A stretch of DNA of 62,541 nucleotides, filler included, from Sanchytrium tribonematis (taxonomy: Eukaryota): the NCBI GenBank assembly GCA_018985235.1. It is 13 parts of 13 records of this genome, joined end to end, with 100 filler letters (N's around TTAATTAATTAA, not from the genome) between each part and the next. Parts side by side here need not be neighbours in the genome. Positions count along the whole stretch, not along the records: positions 52,589 to 55,855 come from JADGIG010000889.1; positions 55,956 to 59,198 come from JADGIG010000890.1; positions 59,299 to 62,541 come from JADGIG010000891.1; 10 more parts are not named here. One strand, written 5' to 3'. Positions within the stretch are counted from its first letter, which is position 1; the number at the start of each line of letters is the position of its first letter. This document shows positions 52,949 to 62,541 of this stretch, one piece after another. The notes beneath the pieces are model-generated. The model was not told the origin of the DNA, did not search any database, and saw nothing but the letters and a program-made list of their open reading frames with translations. The position numbers were made by a program, and so were the translations under genes.

Positions 52949-55477
52949 ATGGCAGATTTACGGCTAGACTTGTATGGAGATTTGGATTTTTTAAATGACA
53001 AGAACAGGGAGCTGGAAGCACAAGTAAAAGCTAAGCAAATTGCTTTAAGGAAATTTGAAATTGAATTAGAACAACAGGAAAGTAGATGCCAAGCCATAAA
53101 AATCCATTCTAAGGAATTAAGTACCCAAATGAGACATCAACAGCAGCTTTATCTGGAAAAAGAATCTGAATATCATTCTGTTGTGAAAAAAGAGAAATTG
53201 GAAACAGTTGAGATTGAGCGAATGGAAAAAATGATTATTGGGCTGGAGGAGGATATTGAGAATATCAATAATCAAACATCAAGATATCGTCAGGACATTT
53301 TAAAAATTGAAGAGTCTATCAAGTCATATAGAATAAATCTAAAATTGAGTGATAACGAGCTGCAAAATGTATTGAAAGATTTGGAGGAGCGACAAAAGGA
53401 TTACATGTTGCTCGAAAAATACAAAGCGATAGACGATAAGATTGTTAAGCAAGTTTCAGAAGAAATCAATAAACTTCAAATGCAAAAAATGGAGCTGAAA
53501 AATAAAATTAAGGAGGCAAATGTTAGTTTGAGTTTAAATTCTGTTGAGCTAAAAACAACTATCGCTGCATATGAAGAGAAGCTTGCCACTAGAAGTGAAT
53601 ACACTGCCCAATGGGAAGAAACGTTGAACAAAATTACCGATTTAGATATCCAAATTCAGAAGCAATCCGACGAAATCGCTGAACAGCAACAAGAATTGGA
53701 ACTATTAAAAGAAAGTGCTAAGCAAGAGGAAGAGGAACTGAATCAGTTGGAAAAATTAAAAATCAAAGCGGAAAGGAAAGTAGCAGTTGCAGAAAGGAAT
53801 CTAAATCAAACAAGATTGAATTTAAAAGAAAAAGATGATGAATATGAAAAACTTAGCATTTCTATTCGAGAGAAAGAAACCGAAATGAACTATTTAGAGA
53901 TATCGATTATGCTAAAAGAAAATGAGTTACGGGAATCTGATTTGAAAATTGAAGAATTTGAAGAATTGCACAAATTTAAAGAAAATGAAATTGATAAGTT
54001 AAAAGCAGAAATTGATGCTTCAACTCAGTCAAGAGACTTAAGAGAATTCGATACTAAGATTTCCGAGCAAGAGAGAATCAATGTTATATTGCGAAAAGAT
54101 ATTGAAAAAGCGCAATTGCTTCATAGCGAAGCAGTCAATGAATACAATAAAACGCAAAAGCAATGTAATAATGTGGAAGTTGAGCGTAAAGCATGCGAAA
54201 ATCAGATAGTAGGGTACAAAAAGCAGATTCAAAATTTACAAATCTTTTTGGGCGATCAGGAAACCCGCTTATATGAACAAGAATTTCTGATTCTACAGCT
54301 TCAGAATCAAGTAAAAGAGATTGAAAGTAGACCAAAAGTTAATAAAGAAGAAATGAGATTAAAGATAGCTAATTTAAAGAATGAGTTGCTTAAAAAGGAA
54401 CAGGATACTCGTGATGTAAAACAACAAATTCAAGCCGCAGAGCTAAAAACTCAGAAAGCTCAGGAAAAAATAACAGCTAAACAAGGCGAGATTTTAAAAT
54501 TGGATAACTTGATCAAAGAGAACGAAATGATTCAAAATAATTACAATTTGAATATACGACAACTATCTAAAGAAAAAGATGATATCGCCGTACAGGTTGC
54601 ATATTTGGAATTACAAATAAGTAAGCTAAATAAGTTTTTAAGTCAAAAACAAGATGATATTCTTGATATTCAGAGTCAGAATGTTGAACTAGACATGTTG
54701 ATACAAGAGAAACAAGCTGAGGTGGACCTGAAGCTGAATGAATTAAAATTAGAGCTCAAATGTGCTGAGGACTTAAGAAACAAGGTGCAGATAGAGTACA
54801 ATGAGAGGGAAATGATGCGTGATAAACTTAAACAAAAATATCAGAATATACTTACTAAAACGGGATTGGAGGATATTTCGGAGGCAGATATCATTGCCAG
54901 AATAGCTTTCAAAAGGGAAGAATCCGAAAAGAGAAAGGAGGAATTGGAACAAGAATTGGAAAAAGCTAGGATTGAACTGGATTCTTTGAAAAATACTGCT
55001 CAAGTGCTATACGAGAAACATCAACAATTTAAGACTAATATTCTAAATGAGCAAATTACAGAACAGGACCGAAAAATCAAAGCAGATTTATTTGAAAGAT
55101 TAGGGTGTTTAAAAGAGGATTTGGAGTCCAAATATAAATCGATTGAAAGTTTAAAGGATGAAATTTTACAACTAGAGGCTCGAAGTGAGAATTTAAGATC
55201 CAACGCAACCGAACTTCAACAACAAATGGATGAGTCAAATAAAATCCTTCAGAAATTAGATCAGGAGTTGTCTCTCCAAATGGAAAGAAAAGAGAGAGCA
55301 AGTCAATTTGGAGATAAGCTGCTTAAGGATATTAAGTCTAAAAGAAAAACAAATGACATCGAGGAGGTTCAAGATGTTTATTTGAAATGTTTAAGGTTTA
55401 GAAAACAATTTAATCTGGAAAATAACTTAGACTTGAAAGAAACACATTCTCTTCCAAACTTGCCATCTCAAAAATAA
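52949..55477 (+). CDS. CCDC39: Axonemal 96-nm ruler coiled-coil protein CCDC39/FAP59-like
   Basis: LLEKY...D.K, R.E...QWEETL..I...D..I, KLK.KY..I, SEA..IA..A..REE......EL...LEKA..E...LKNT..VL. Confidence 0.75.
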   Translation: MADLRLDLYGDLDFLNDKNRELEAQVKAKQIALRKFEIELEQQESRCQAIKIHSKELSTQMRHQQQLYLEKESEYHSVVKKEKLETVEIERMEKMIIGLEEDIENINNQTSRYRQDILKIEESIKSYRINLKLSDNELQNVLKDLEERQKDYMLLEKYKAIDDKIVKQVSEEINKLQMQKMELKNKIKEANVSLSLNSVELKTTIAAYEEKLATRSEYTAQWEETLNKITDLDIQIQKQSDEIAEQQQELELLKESAKQEEEELNQLEKLKIKAERKVAVAERNLNQTRLNLKEKDDEYEKLSISIREKETEMNYLEISIMLKENELRESDLKIEEFEELHKFKENEIDKLKAEIDASTQSRDLREFDTKISEQERINVILRKDIEKAQLLHSEAVNEYNKTQKQCNNVEVERKACENQIVGYKKQIQNLQIFLGDQETRLYEQEFLILQLQNQVKEIESRPKVNKEEMRLKIANLKNELLKKEQDTRDVKQQIQAAELKTQKAQEKITAKQGEILKLDNLIKENEMIQNNYNLNIRQLSKEKDDIAVQVAYLELQISKLNKFLSQKQDDILDIQSQNVELDMLIQEKQAEVDLKLNELKLELKCAEDLRNKVQIEYNEREMMRDKLKQKYQNILTKTGLEDISEADIIARIAFKREESEKRKEELEQELEKARIELDSLKNTAQVLYEKHQQFKTNILNEQITEQDRKIKADLFERLGCLKEDLESKYKSIESLKDEILQLEARSENLRSNATELQQQMDESNKILQKLDQELSLQMERKERASQFGDKLLKDIKSKRKTNDIEEVQDVYLKCLRFRKQFNLENNLDLKETHSLPNLPSQK

Positions 55478-55955
55478 ATATTTATCCTGTTTAACTCGCT
55501 ATATATAACTCTAATATTAGTTTGGATATTAAAATTCGGACCAAAAGCTTTAACAAATAGTATTGATTACGTTGGTACTTTCTCGTGTCATTTTGAAGAT
55601 TGATATTGATATAATTCAAAGAAATTAGCTCTCATTTATGCTCATAAAATAAATCCTTTAAATTATCCCTAATAAAGTAAATTAAATACACCCAATTCTC
55701 AATAAATTCATTAAATATGGCATTCAGCAGCTATCATTTCTTGTTTTGTCTATCTCTCTCAATCTTTATTCATATTTCATTCATAATTCAACAATATATA
55801 AACATTTATACCAAAACTCGCATTTCTTTCCCAATTTGCATGCAATTCATGCCTGNNNNNNNNNNNNNNNNNNNNNNNNNNNNNNNNNNNNNNNNNNNNT
55901 TAATTAATTAANNNNNNNNNNNNNNNNNNNNNNNNNNNNNNNNNNNNNNNNNNNN

Positions 55956-56328
55956 AAATGTTGTTTTAAAAATGGTGAAATAAATACTGGAATTTATATT
56001 TAATAGCTTTTGTTTGCTGTACTGTGAATACGCGTGGGAAGTAGTATTATATTGAAAAATCAAGGACCAATTAAAATTCACTCAAAATGCCATTTTGGAA
56101 TATTCTTTATTTCAACAAATCGTTGACCTTTAAAATAGCCATTTAGTGCCAGTATTGGCTCTCTAATAGTGATTTAACATCCAATTTCCCAATTTTCCCA
56201 TTTTGAGATGAGTGCACTTCTCTTGACGATGCTCAGTGCAATCTCAGTAGATTGTCCCGCTGTGATCCAAATGGCACTAGATTTGGATATCAAATATACC
56301 AAACCAGATTACTTTATGCAATATGAGC
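55956..56328 (+). repeat. Near-identical second copy of 62168-62541 (PDB1 3' end, intergenic, LRR gene start)
   Basis: First 77 nt identical, then roughly 15-18 differences, then identical again. Confidence 0.93.
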
Positions 56329-59046
56329 AAGATTGTTGTTTGGGACAAGGTGTTGTTTGTCAAAATGACAGGGTTGTTGAATTGCATTTGGGATTTATTA
56401 CTTATTATGTCAAAACGAACTACCCAGTACTTGTATTACCACCCAATTTGCAAGTATTAGATCTATCTTATAGCTACAGATCGGCCACGATTAAGAAATT
56501 GCCAGATTCTCTCAAAGTATTAGATTTAGATAGTGCATGGGATATCAAATTAGAATTAGACACATTCCCAAATCTAACATTTTTTAGAATCGGGTACAAT
56601 ACTGCAAATATGCAACCCAAATTGCCAATTTTACCAGATTCACTTGAATTTCTTGATATTGCATATTATACTGCTGACATCATGCCACGCAATCCAGTCA
56701 ATTTGAAAGAATTTCATGGTCAATCATGTGATACTCCCATACCTCGTGCTTTTCCCAGACTACCAGAATCCATTGAAATTCTCGATTTGCACAGTTGCAA
56801 CTTGTTTGGTCCGATTCCCCTTGAGTTAAAAAGTATTCGTCAATTGGATTTATCTGGGAATCATGTAAGTGGTAATCTAACCATCTCGTCCCCCAATATT
56901 ACTTCATTAATCATTGGCTATAACAATTTCGATAGATTATTTGTGAAAGAACCACAAAAAATATCATATTGTTTTTCGACTGGTATCCATTTTGAAGCAG
57001 ATAATCAAAATGATTTGATGGCATTACAGCCATATGGATGTCAATATCAAATTAAAAGCCCTACTGCATCCCCAGATTGTCCCAATTTGCTATTATTTTT
57101 AAAGCAATTAAACATGCATTTAACTGACCCATATCTCTACAACGGTATTGCAAATACTCCAAATTGCTGTGATTATTCAGAAAGTCAAATTGGGTGTTCT
57201 TCAAATCGAATCAATGGGGTTGATTTTCCAAATTTGCATATGAATGGAACCATTAATGCGACATTGCTTCCAAATACACTGATTTCATTGGATTTGGGAT
57301 ACAATAATATCCATGGATTATTTCCAAACATGTCGCAATTTAACCAAATGACTTACTTTCGAATATCTGGAAATCAGATTAGTGGCCCAATCATGGGTAA
57401 TTTGCCATCCAGTACCATCAAAGGTTTATTTTTGGAATTAAATCAGTTAAATGGGACTTTTCCAATGCTTCCAAAACTAAAAACTTTACAAGCATATAAA
57501 AATCAATTTGACGGGGTAGAAAATCAATGGAATGGCAATATTTTAACATATGTGGATATTTCTTACAATAAAATCAAGGGAATTATTGATATGTCCAATT
57601 TTATACCTGGTGGATATCAAACCATGAATTTTAAATCCAATTATTTGGATCAAGTGATTTTCTCAAAACCCAATTCTTATTGTGATGTTTCTATCAACAA
57701 TATTCCACAAAATATCATGTCATATTCCAATATCACTGGATGTATTCATGGATTACAACGATATGACACTGCTAAAATGGATTCTTGTGCTTATGTGGTG
57801 AGAATGTTTCAAAAAATGGGTATTTTAACCCCTATTTTAGAGCAAAATTGCTGTGATAGCAGTGGATATGTGGTATGTGATGCAAATCAGAATGTGACAT
57901 ATATTCATATTAGATATTACGCCACATTAAAGACTACAAATGGATTTGCATTTTCAAATTCAGATATTCCACCTTCATTGCAAACATTGATTATTTCAGA
58001 TGGATTTAATCAATCCGCTAAGATACCTAGTCCATTTCCATCTCATATCACTAGATTTGAAGCTACTGGTGCCAATATTGTGGGACCTTTGCCATTATTT
58101 CAATATGGATTACAAACACTCAAATTAAGCAATTTAAATTTGAATCAGCCATGGCCCATTCTTCCAAATACCACCACAGTAGTCAATATCATGTATTGTA
58201 ACTTGACTGGTCCTATTTCTTCACTTCCTCCGAATTTAATCAATTTGCAAATTCAAGGCAATTATTTAACTGGTCCATTTCCAAAATTCCCGAGCACCTT
58301 GAGAAATATTGTTTTGGGTGACAAAGGCAATGAAGGCAATTCATTTAACGATGTGTTGATTGTAGAAAACCCACTTTATTTGACTCTGGGAGATACAAAT
58401 ATTTATTCAGTTCAAATTAACAAAACCAATTCACTTATTACATGTGATTTATCATTCAGTCCATTATTAAATAGTACCAATTTGGCCAATTTGACAATGT
58501 GTACTCAATATTATTTGAGATATCAACCTGTAAAATTGGTTGTTTCAGACACCACGACCTTGAAATGGACAACCGAAGCCACCCTTGAATTAAGCACACC
58601 CATATCTACTACCAAGGGTGTGACGACTACTAGTGTAAATGCTGATTTGCCACAAACAACTTCATTTACAATTTCATCCACTGATTCTTTGAATTCCTAC
58701 GACTCTGCCAGTTCTCTCCTACAAGATACGAATCAAAGTAATAATAATTAATGTAGTTGTGACTCGTATATTCTATAGAAATCAACAATCATTGTCAAAA
58801 TCAACCACATTTACATTAAATGAAACAAATCCAAACACCACAACATTTGCGACAATCAACAAATCCAATTTAGCATTAACCACCTTTAAAATGCCTGTGT
58901 TTATGATTCATTGGACATGGCAAATGATTTTGAGGGGATCCATCAGTTTTGTGGTAGTTTTAGTGGTTTTATATTTACAATTGAGCATCAAAAGCAGAAG
59001 ATCAAAGAATCGCAGCTCATTCATGGATTATAACATGACTCAATAA
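56208..59046 (+). CDS. Type I membrane LRR receptor-like protein, join(56208..58737,58757..59046)
   Basis: Signal; three Cys-capped LRR blocks (LP..L..LDL..N.L.G.+P); Ser/Thr stalk; TM + basic tail supplied by second exon. Confidence 0.85.
58738..58756 (+). other. Predicted 19-nt spliceosomal intron GTAATAATAATTAATGTAG
   Basis: GT-AG; removes the TAA and puts the stalk in frame with the TM-encoding ORF at 58759. Confidence 0.82.
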
Positions 59047-59578
59047 AAATTTGAAAAATAAAATTCTTGAAAATGCACGTCGCCAACACGTCATGCTCTT
59101 TTTTATTCTCTATATATATTCTGCTATCTCATTGATAGATCTAGCAAATAATTTACATGTAAGTTACATTATTCCAGATATCAATAATCAAATCAATCNN
59201 NNNNNNNNNNNNNNNNNNNNNNNNNNNNNNNNNNNNNNNNNNTTAATTAATTAANNNNNNNNNNNNNNNNNNNNNNNNNNNNNNNNNNNNNNNNNNNNAT
59301 CGAAATCATTACTGCAAACACCTCCATTAGATTATCAAGACCATTTATTTGTACCATTTTTAATAAATGGTGAATTAAAGTATGTAGATAAAATAATATT
59401 TCAGGATGTATTGGAATGGCATTGTAAATAAATTAATATTCAAATATTTGGCAAGCAATTACCATTTACCGTGAAATTAACCGCAAATGAGTGCAATTCT
59501 CTTGCTTATTTTCAAGTACCAATAAAATTATGCCAAGCATTTGGAGTTATTTATAACCAAAAAGTGCCGAAACACGCC

Positions 59579-60316
59579 ATGTTTTTACATACTGTTGTAT
59601 GTGCGTGGGCCAATTGGTACACAAATGGAGAAATAGCACCATTTACATACTTTGCATCTACCATGATTGTCCCTCCATTACCAGATAAGAAATGGCAAAC
59701 ATTATTTATTTGGCCAGGGATGCAACCAAGTGGCAAAACAACGTATATGCCAATTAACAATGGTGTATTGCAACCCGTATTGACATTTGGAAATTCATGT
59801 GCTCCGAATCCATCCAATGCGGATATTGATCAAGATACAACTTGGTGGATTAGTGGACAATATGTGAATACAGCCAGCAATGTAACCAATTATAATGGCT
59901 GTTTTGGAGGTGACAGAATGCCCGTCAAGGTAGGTGATGAATTAAGAATGGTGATGGAGTTAAAGGGAACTGTCTGGAGTCAAACCATTTATATTAATGG
60001 GAAAAATGCACAAGTATTTGAAAAAGATTTACAAGGTCAAACACAGGGTTGGGCCATGTTCTATGTAGAGCCACCTGGTGGATGGTATTCTGATCCACCT
60101 CGATTCAATGTGACTAATATTGAATTGCGTGCTACAAAAGCGCATGAATCATTTTGCAAGACAAAATCAGATGTGAATCCAAAATTCTATAGTGGTTCAT
60201 TATGGTGCTCAGAACCAAAGATTGAAGGTAATGTATGTAAAGTAAAGACATGCAATTTCAATCATTGGAAGAGAGGCGTTAGACCTCACAATGAATATGA
60301 AAATACTCCAAAATAA
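59579..60316 (+). CDS. Secreted beta-sandwich protein (concanavalin/glutamic-peptidase-like fold suspected)
   Basis: MFLHTVVCA start; TMIVP, LFIWPGMQP, GVLQPVLTFG.SC, W.ISGQYV, V..GD.L, W.Q. Confidence 0.6.
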   Translation: MFLHTVVCAWANWYTNGEIAPFTYFASTMIVPPLPDKKWQTLFIWPGMQPSGKTTYMPINNGVLQPVLTFGNSCAPNPSNADIDQDTTWWISGQYVNTASNVTNYNGCFGGDRMPVKVGDELRMVMELKGTVWSQTIYINGKNAQVFEKDLQGQTQGWAMFYVEPPGGWYSDPPRFNVTNIELRATKAHESFCKTKSDVNPKFYSGSLWCSEPKIEGNVCKVKTCNFNHWKRGVRPHNEYENTPK

Positions 60317-60318
60317 AT

Positions 60319-61137
60319 TTATTGAAACACACTTTTGATGAAATCCAATACTTGCTGCGGATGTTCTGCTTGTGGATAGTGTCCACAATTGTCCAATAAC
60401 AATCCATGAGCATCTTTAATCTCTTTTTTCAAGATTTCCATTTCTTGCTTTGGATCTGAATAATCAGGATCCTGCAATCCAATAATCAATGCAGTACGTA
60501 CATTCACATGTTTTAAGCATTTAAATGTATTTTCTTTACTGGATCTTGCATATTGACCCAAAATAGATATTTTACCATGTTTTGAGTAATATTCATAATT
60601 TTGCTTATAAATATCATCAAAATCACTTGGAACTGTCTTGAATAATGATTTATAATACGACATCCATAACCAGTTGGATATAAATCCCAAATTAAACATG
60701 AGATATGAGAAATAATAAAAATAATTGTCAGCTGGCATCACCCGTAAAATGGGTCCAGTCACAATAATGCCCTTTAATTTAACCCATTGCAGTGGTTGAC
60801 TACAATATAACATCATCGGACATGCTGCAAATGAATTCCCCATCAAATAAACATCGTTTGATTTTACCCAATCCTGTTCTTTTTGCAATACTTGCAATAA
60901 ATCACTTAGTAAGGATTCTGGTGTATATTCTTGCCAATTAATACTTGATAATCCATACCCACGTAAATCTATCAAGATATAGCCATATCCATCCATTTCC
61001 CACTGTTTGGCAAGAAATCGATAGGTTGAAATACTGTCACCCATCCCAGGCATACACACATACACTCTTGATGCTTTTAATGGTTTACCTACTTTATAAC
61101 CAATATGATGTTTCCCCAATTCCAATTTGCAATCCAT
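60319..61137 (-). CDS. Alpha/beta hydrolase
   Basis: PGMGD, DLRGYG.S, GNSFA nucleophile elbow, G.QDPD, GHYPQAE.P. Confidence 0.88.
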   Translation of the reverse strand: MDCKLELGKHHIGYKVGKPLKASRVYVCMPGMGDSISTYRFLAKQWEMDGYGYILIDLRGYGLSSINWQEYTPESLLSDLLQVLQKEQDWVKSNDVYLMGNSFAACPMMLYCSQPLQWVKLKGIIVTGPILRVMPADNYFYYFSYLMFNLGFISNWLWMSYYKSLFKTVPSDFDDIYKQNYEYYSKHGKISILGQYARSSKENTFKCLKHVNVRTALIIGLQDPDYSDPKQEMEILKKEIKDAHGLLLDNCGHYPQAEHPQQVLDFIKSVFQ

Positions 61138-61178
61138 CTGTTGCAAAAAACAATCGAATCTCCTTCTAGGAACAAACC

Positions 61179-62195
61179 ATGTTAAAAAGCATCATTCGCA
61201 GATCCCATCAATTAACAGTCCGTGAAGCACTCAACACGGCATTAAGTGAGGAACTCTCCAATGATTCACAAGTATTCGTATTAGGCGAAGAAGTGGCGAA
61301 GTACAATGGTGCTTATAAAATCACAAAGGGATTATTAGACAAATTTGGAGATCAGCGTATTATTGATACACCTATTACTGAATCTGGATTTACTGGATTG
61401 GCTGTCGGTGCTGCATTAGCTGGTTTAAAACCTATTTGTGAATTTATGACCATGAATTTCTCAATGCAAGCAATTGATCAAATTGTCAATTCTGCTGCCA
61501 AACAAAGATATATGACAGGTGGCATTGCTAAATGTAATATCACATTCCGTGGTCCCAATGGTGCTGCATCTGGCGTGGGCGCACAACATTCCCAATGTTT
61601 TGCGAGTTGGTATGGTTCTGTGCCTGGTTTAAAGGTATTAAGTCCATACAACGCACAAGATGCAAAAGGACTTTTAAAATCAGCCATTCGTGATCCTAAT
61701 CCAGTCGTATTTCTTGAAAATGAATTAATGTACGGTGTTTCATTTGAAGTAGATGATAAAGTGATGGAATCTGATTTTACATTACCCATTGGTGTTGCTA
61801 ATATTGAATTAGAAGGATCTGATATCACATTAGTAAGTCATTCTAAATCTGTTGGATTCTGTTTAGAAGCAGCTCAAAATTTGAAATCTAAAGGAATTTC
61901 GTGTGAAGTGATTAATTTAAGAAGTATTCGACCATTAGATACTCAAACCATATTCAATAGTGTGCAGAAAACAGGTAGAATTGTGAGTGTAGAGGGTGGA
62001 TGGCCTTTATTTGGAGTTGGATCTGAAATTGCTGCTCAAATTATGGAAGATCCAGAAACATTTGATAGTTTAGATTGTCCATTAGTAAGAATTACTGGTG
62101 CTGATGTACCAATGCCATATGCGAAATCATTAGAAGATGCTTGTTTGCCGAGTGTGCAGAATATTGAAAATGTTGTTTTAAAAATGGTGAAATAA
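61179..62195 (+). CDS. PDB1: Pyruvate dehydrogenase E1 beta subunit, mitochondrial
   Basis: [52 protein letters not shown]. Confidence 0.97.
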   Translation: MLKSIIRRSHQLTVREALNTALSEELSNDSQVFVLGEEVAKYNGAYKITKGLLDKFGDQRIIDTPITESGFTGLAVGAALAGLKPICEFMTMNFSMQAIDQIVNSAAKQRYMTGGIAKCNITFRGPNGAASGVGAQHSQCFASWYGSVPGLKVLSPYNAQDAKGLLKSAIRDPNPVVFLENELMYGVSFEVDDKVMESDFTLPIGVANIELEGSDITLVSHSKSVGFCLEAAQNLKSKGISCEVINLRSIRPLDTQTIFNSVQKTGRIVSVEGGWPLFGVGSEIAAQIMEDPETFDSLDCPLVRITGADVPMPYAKSLEDACLPSVQNIENVVLKMVK

Positions 62196-62419
62196 ATACT
62201 GGAATTTATATTTAATAGCTTTTGTTTGCTGTACTGTGAATACGTGTGGGAAGTAGTAGTATATTGAAAAATCAAGGACCAATTGAAATTCACTCAAAAT
62301 GCCATTTTGGAATATTCTTAATTTTATCAAATAGTTGACCTTTAAAATAGCCATTTAGTGCCATTGTTGGCTCTCTAATAGTGATTTAACATCCAACTTC
62401 CCAAGTATACAATTTTGAG

Positions 62420-62541
62420 ATGAGTGCACTTCTCTTGACGATGCTCAGTGCAATCTCAATAGATTGTCCCACTGTGATCCAAATGGCACTAGATTTGGAT
62501 ATCAAATATACCAAACCAGATTACTTTATGCAATATGAGCA
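62420..62541 (+). CDS. LRR receptor-like protein, second allele or copy (3' truncated)
   Basis: MSALLLTMLSAISIDCPTVIQ..., two residues differ from the 56208 copy. Confidence 0.85.
   Translation, partial: MSALLLTMLSAISIDCPTVIQMALDLDIKYTKPDYFMQYE

Overview
AT-rich, extremely gene-dense eukaryotic DNA, not prokaryotic. The window is an artificial concatenation of 13 contigs: twelve of about 3.2-3.3 kb in descending size plus one of 21.8 kb. They are joined by identical 100-nt spacers (44 N + TTAATTAATTAA + 44 N), so gene neighbourhoods must not be read across spacers. Gene content (PHO81-type SPX-ankyrin-GDPD protein, DSC2, NAR1, YJU2, RPA2, MRE11, RAB4, PDB1, histone H4, and the axonemal ruler CCDC39) suggests a flagellated early-diverging fungus or close relative. 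A sanchytrid/aphelid/chytrid-grade organism is my inference, not a database result. Mobile DNA comprises two APE-RT non-LTR retrotransposons and one complete 1,090-bp Tc1 (DD34E) element inserted in a host ORF. The strongest novel signal is three independent split genes that are each repaired by an exactly 19-nt GTA...AT(T/G)TAG intron with an A at -6. This comes with other miniaturisation: about 9-10-aa signal peptides, stop codons embedded in AATAAA, and 0-2-nt intergenic gaps. The second signal is a retrotransposon polyprotein whose N-terminus appears to carry degenerate ubiquitin-like domains.
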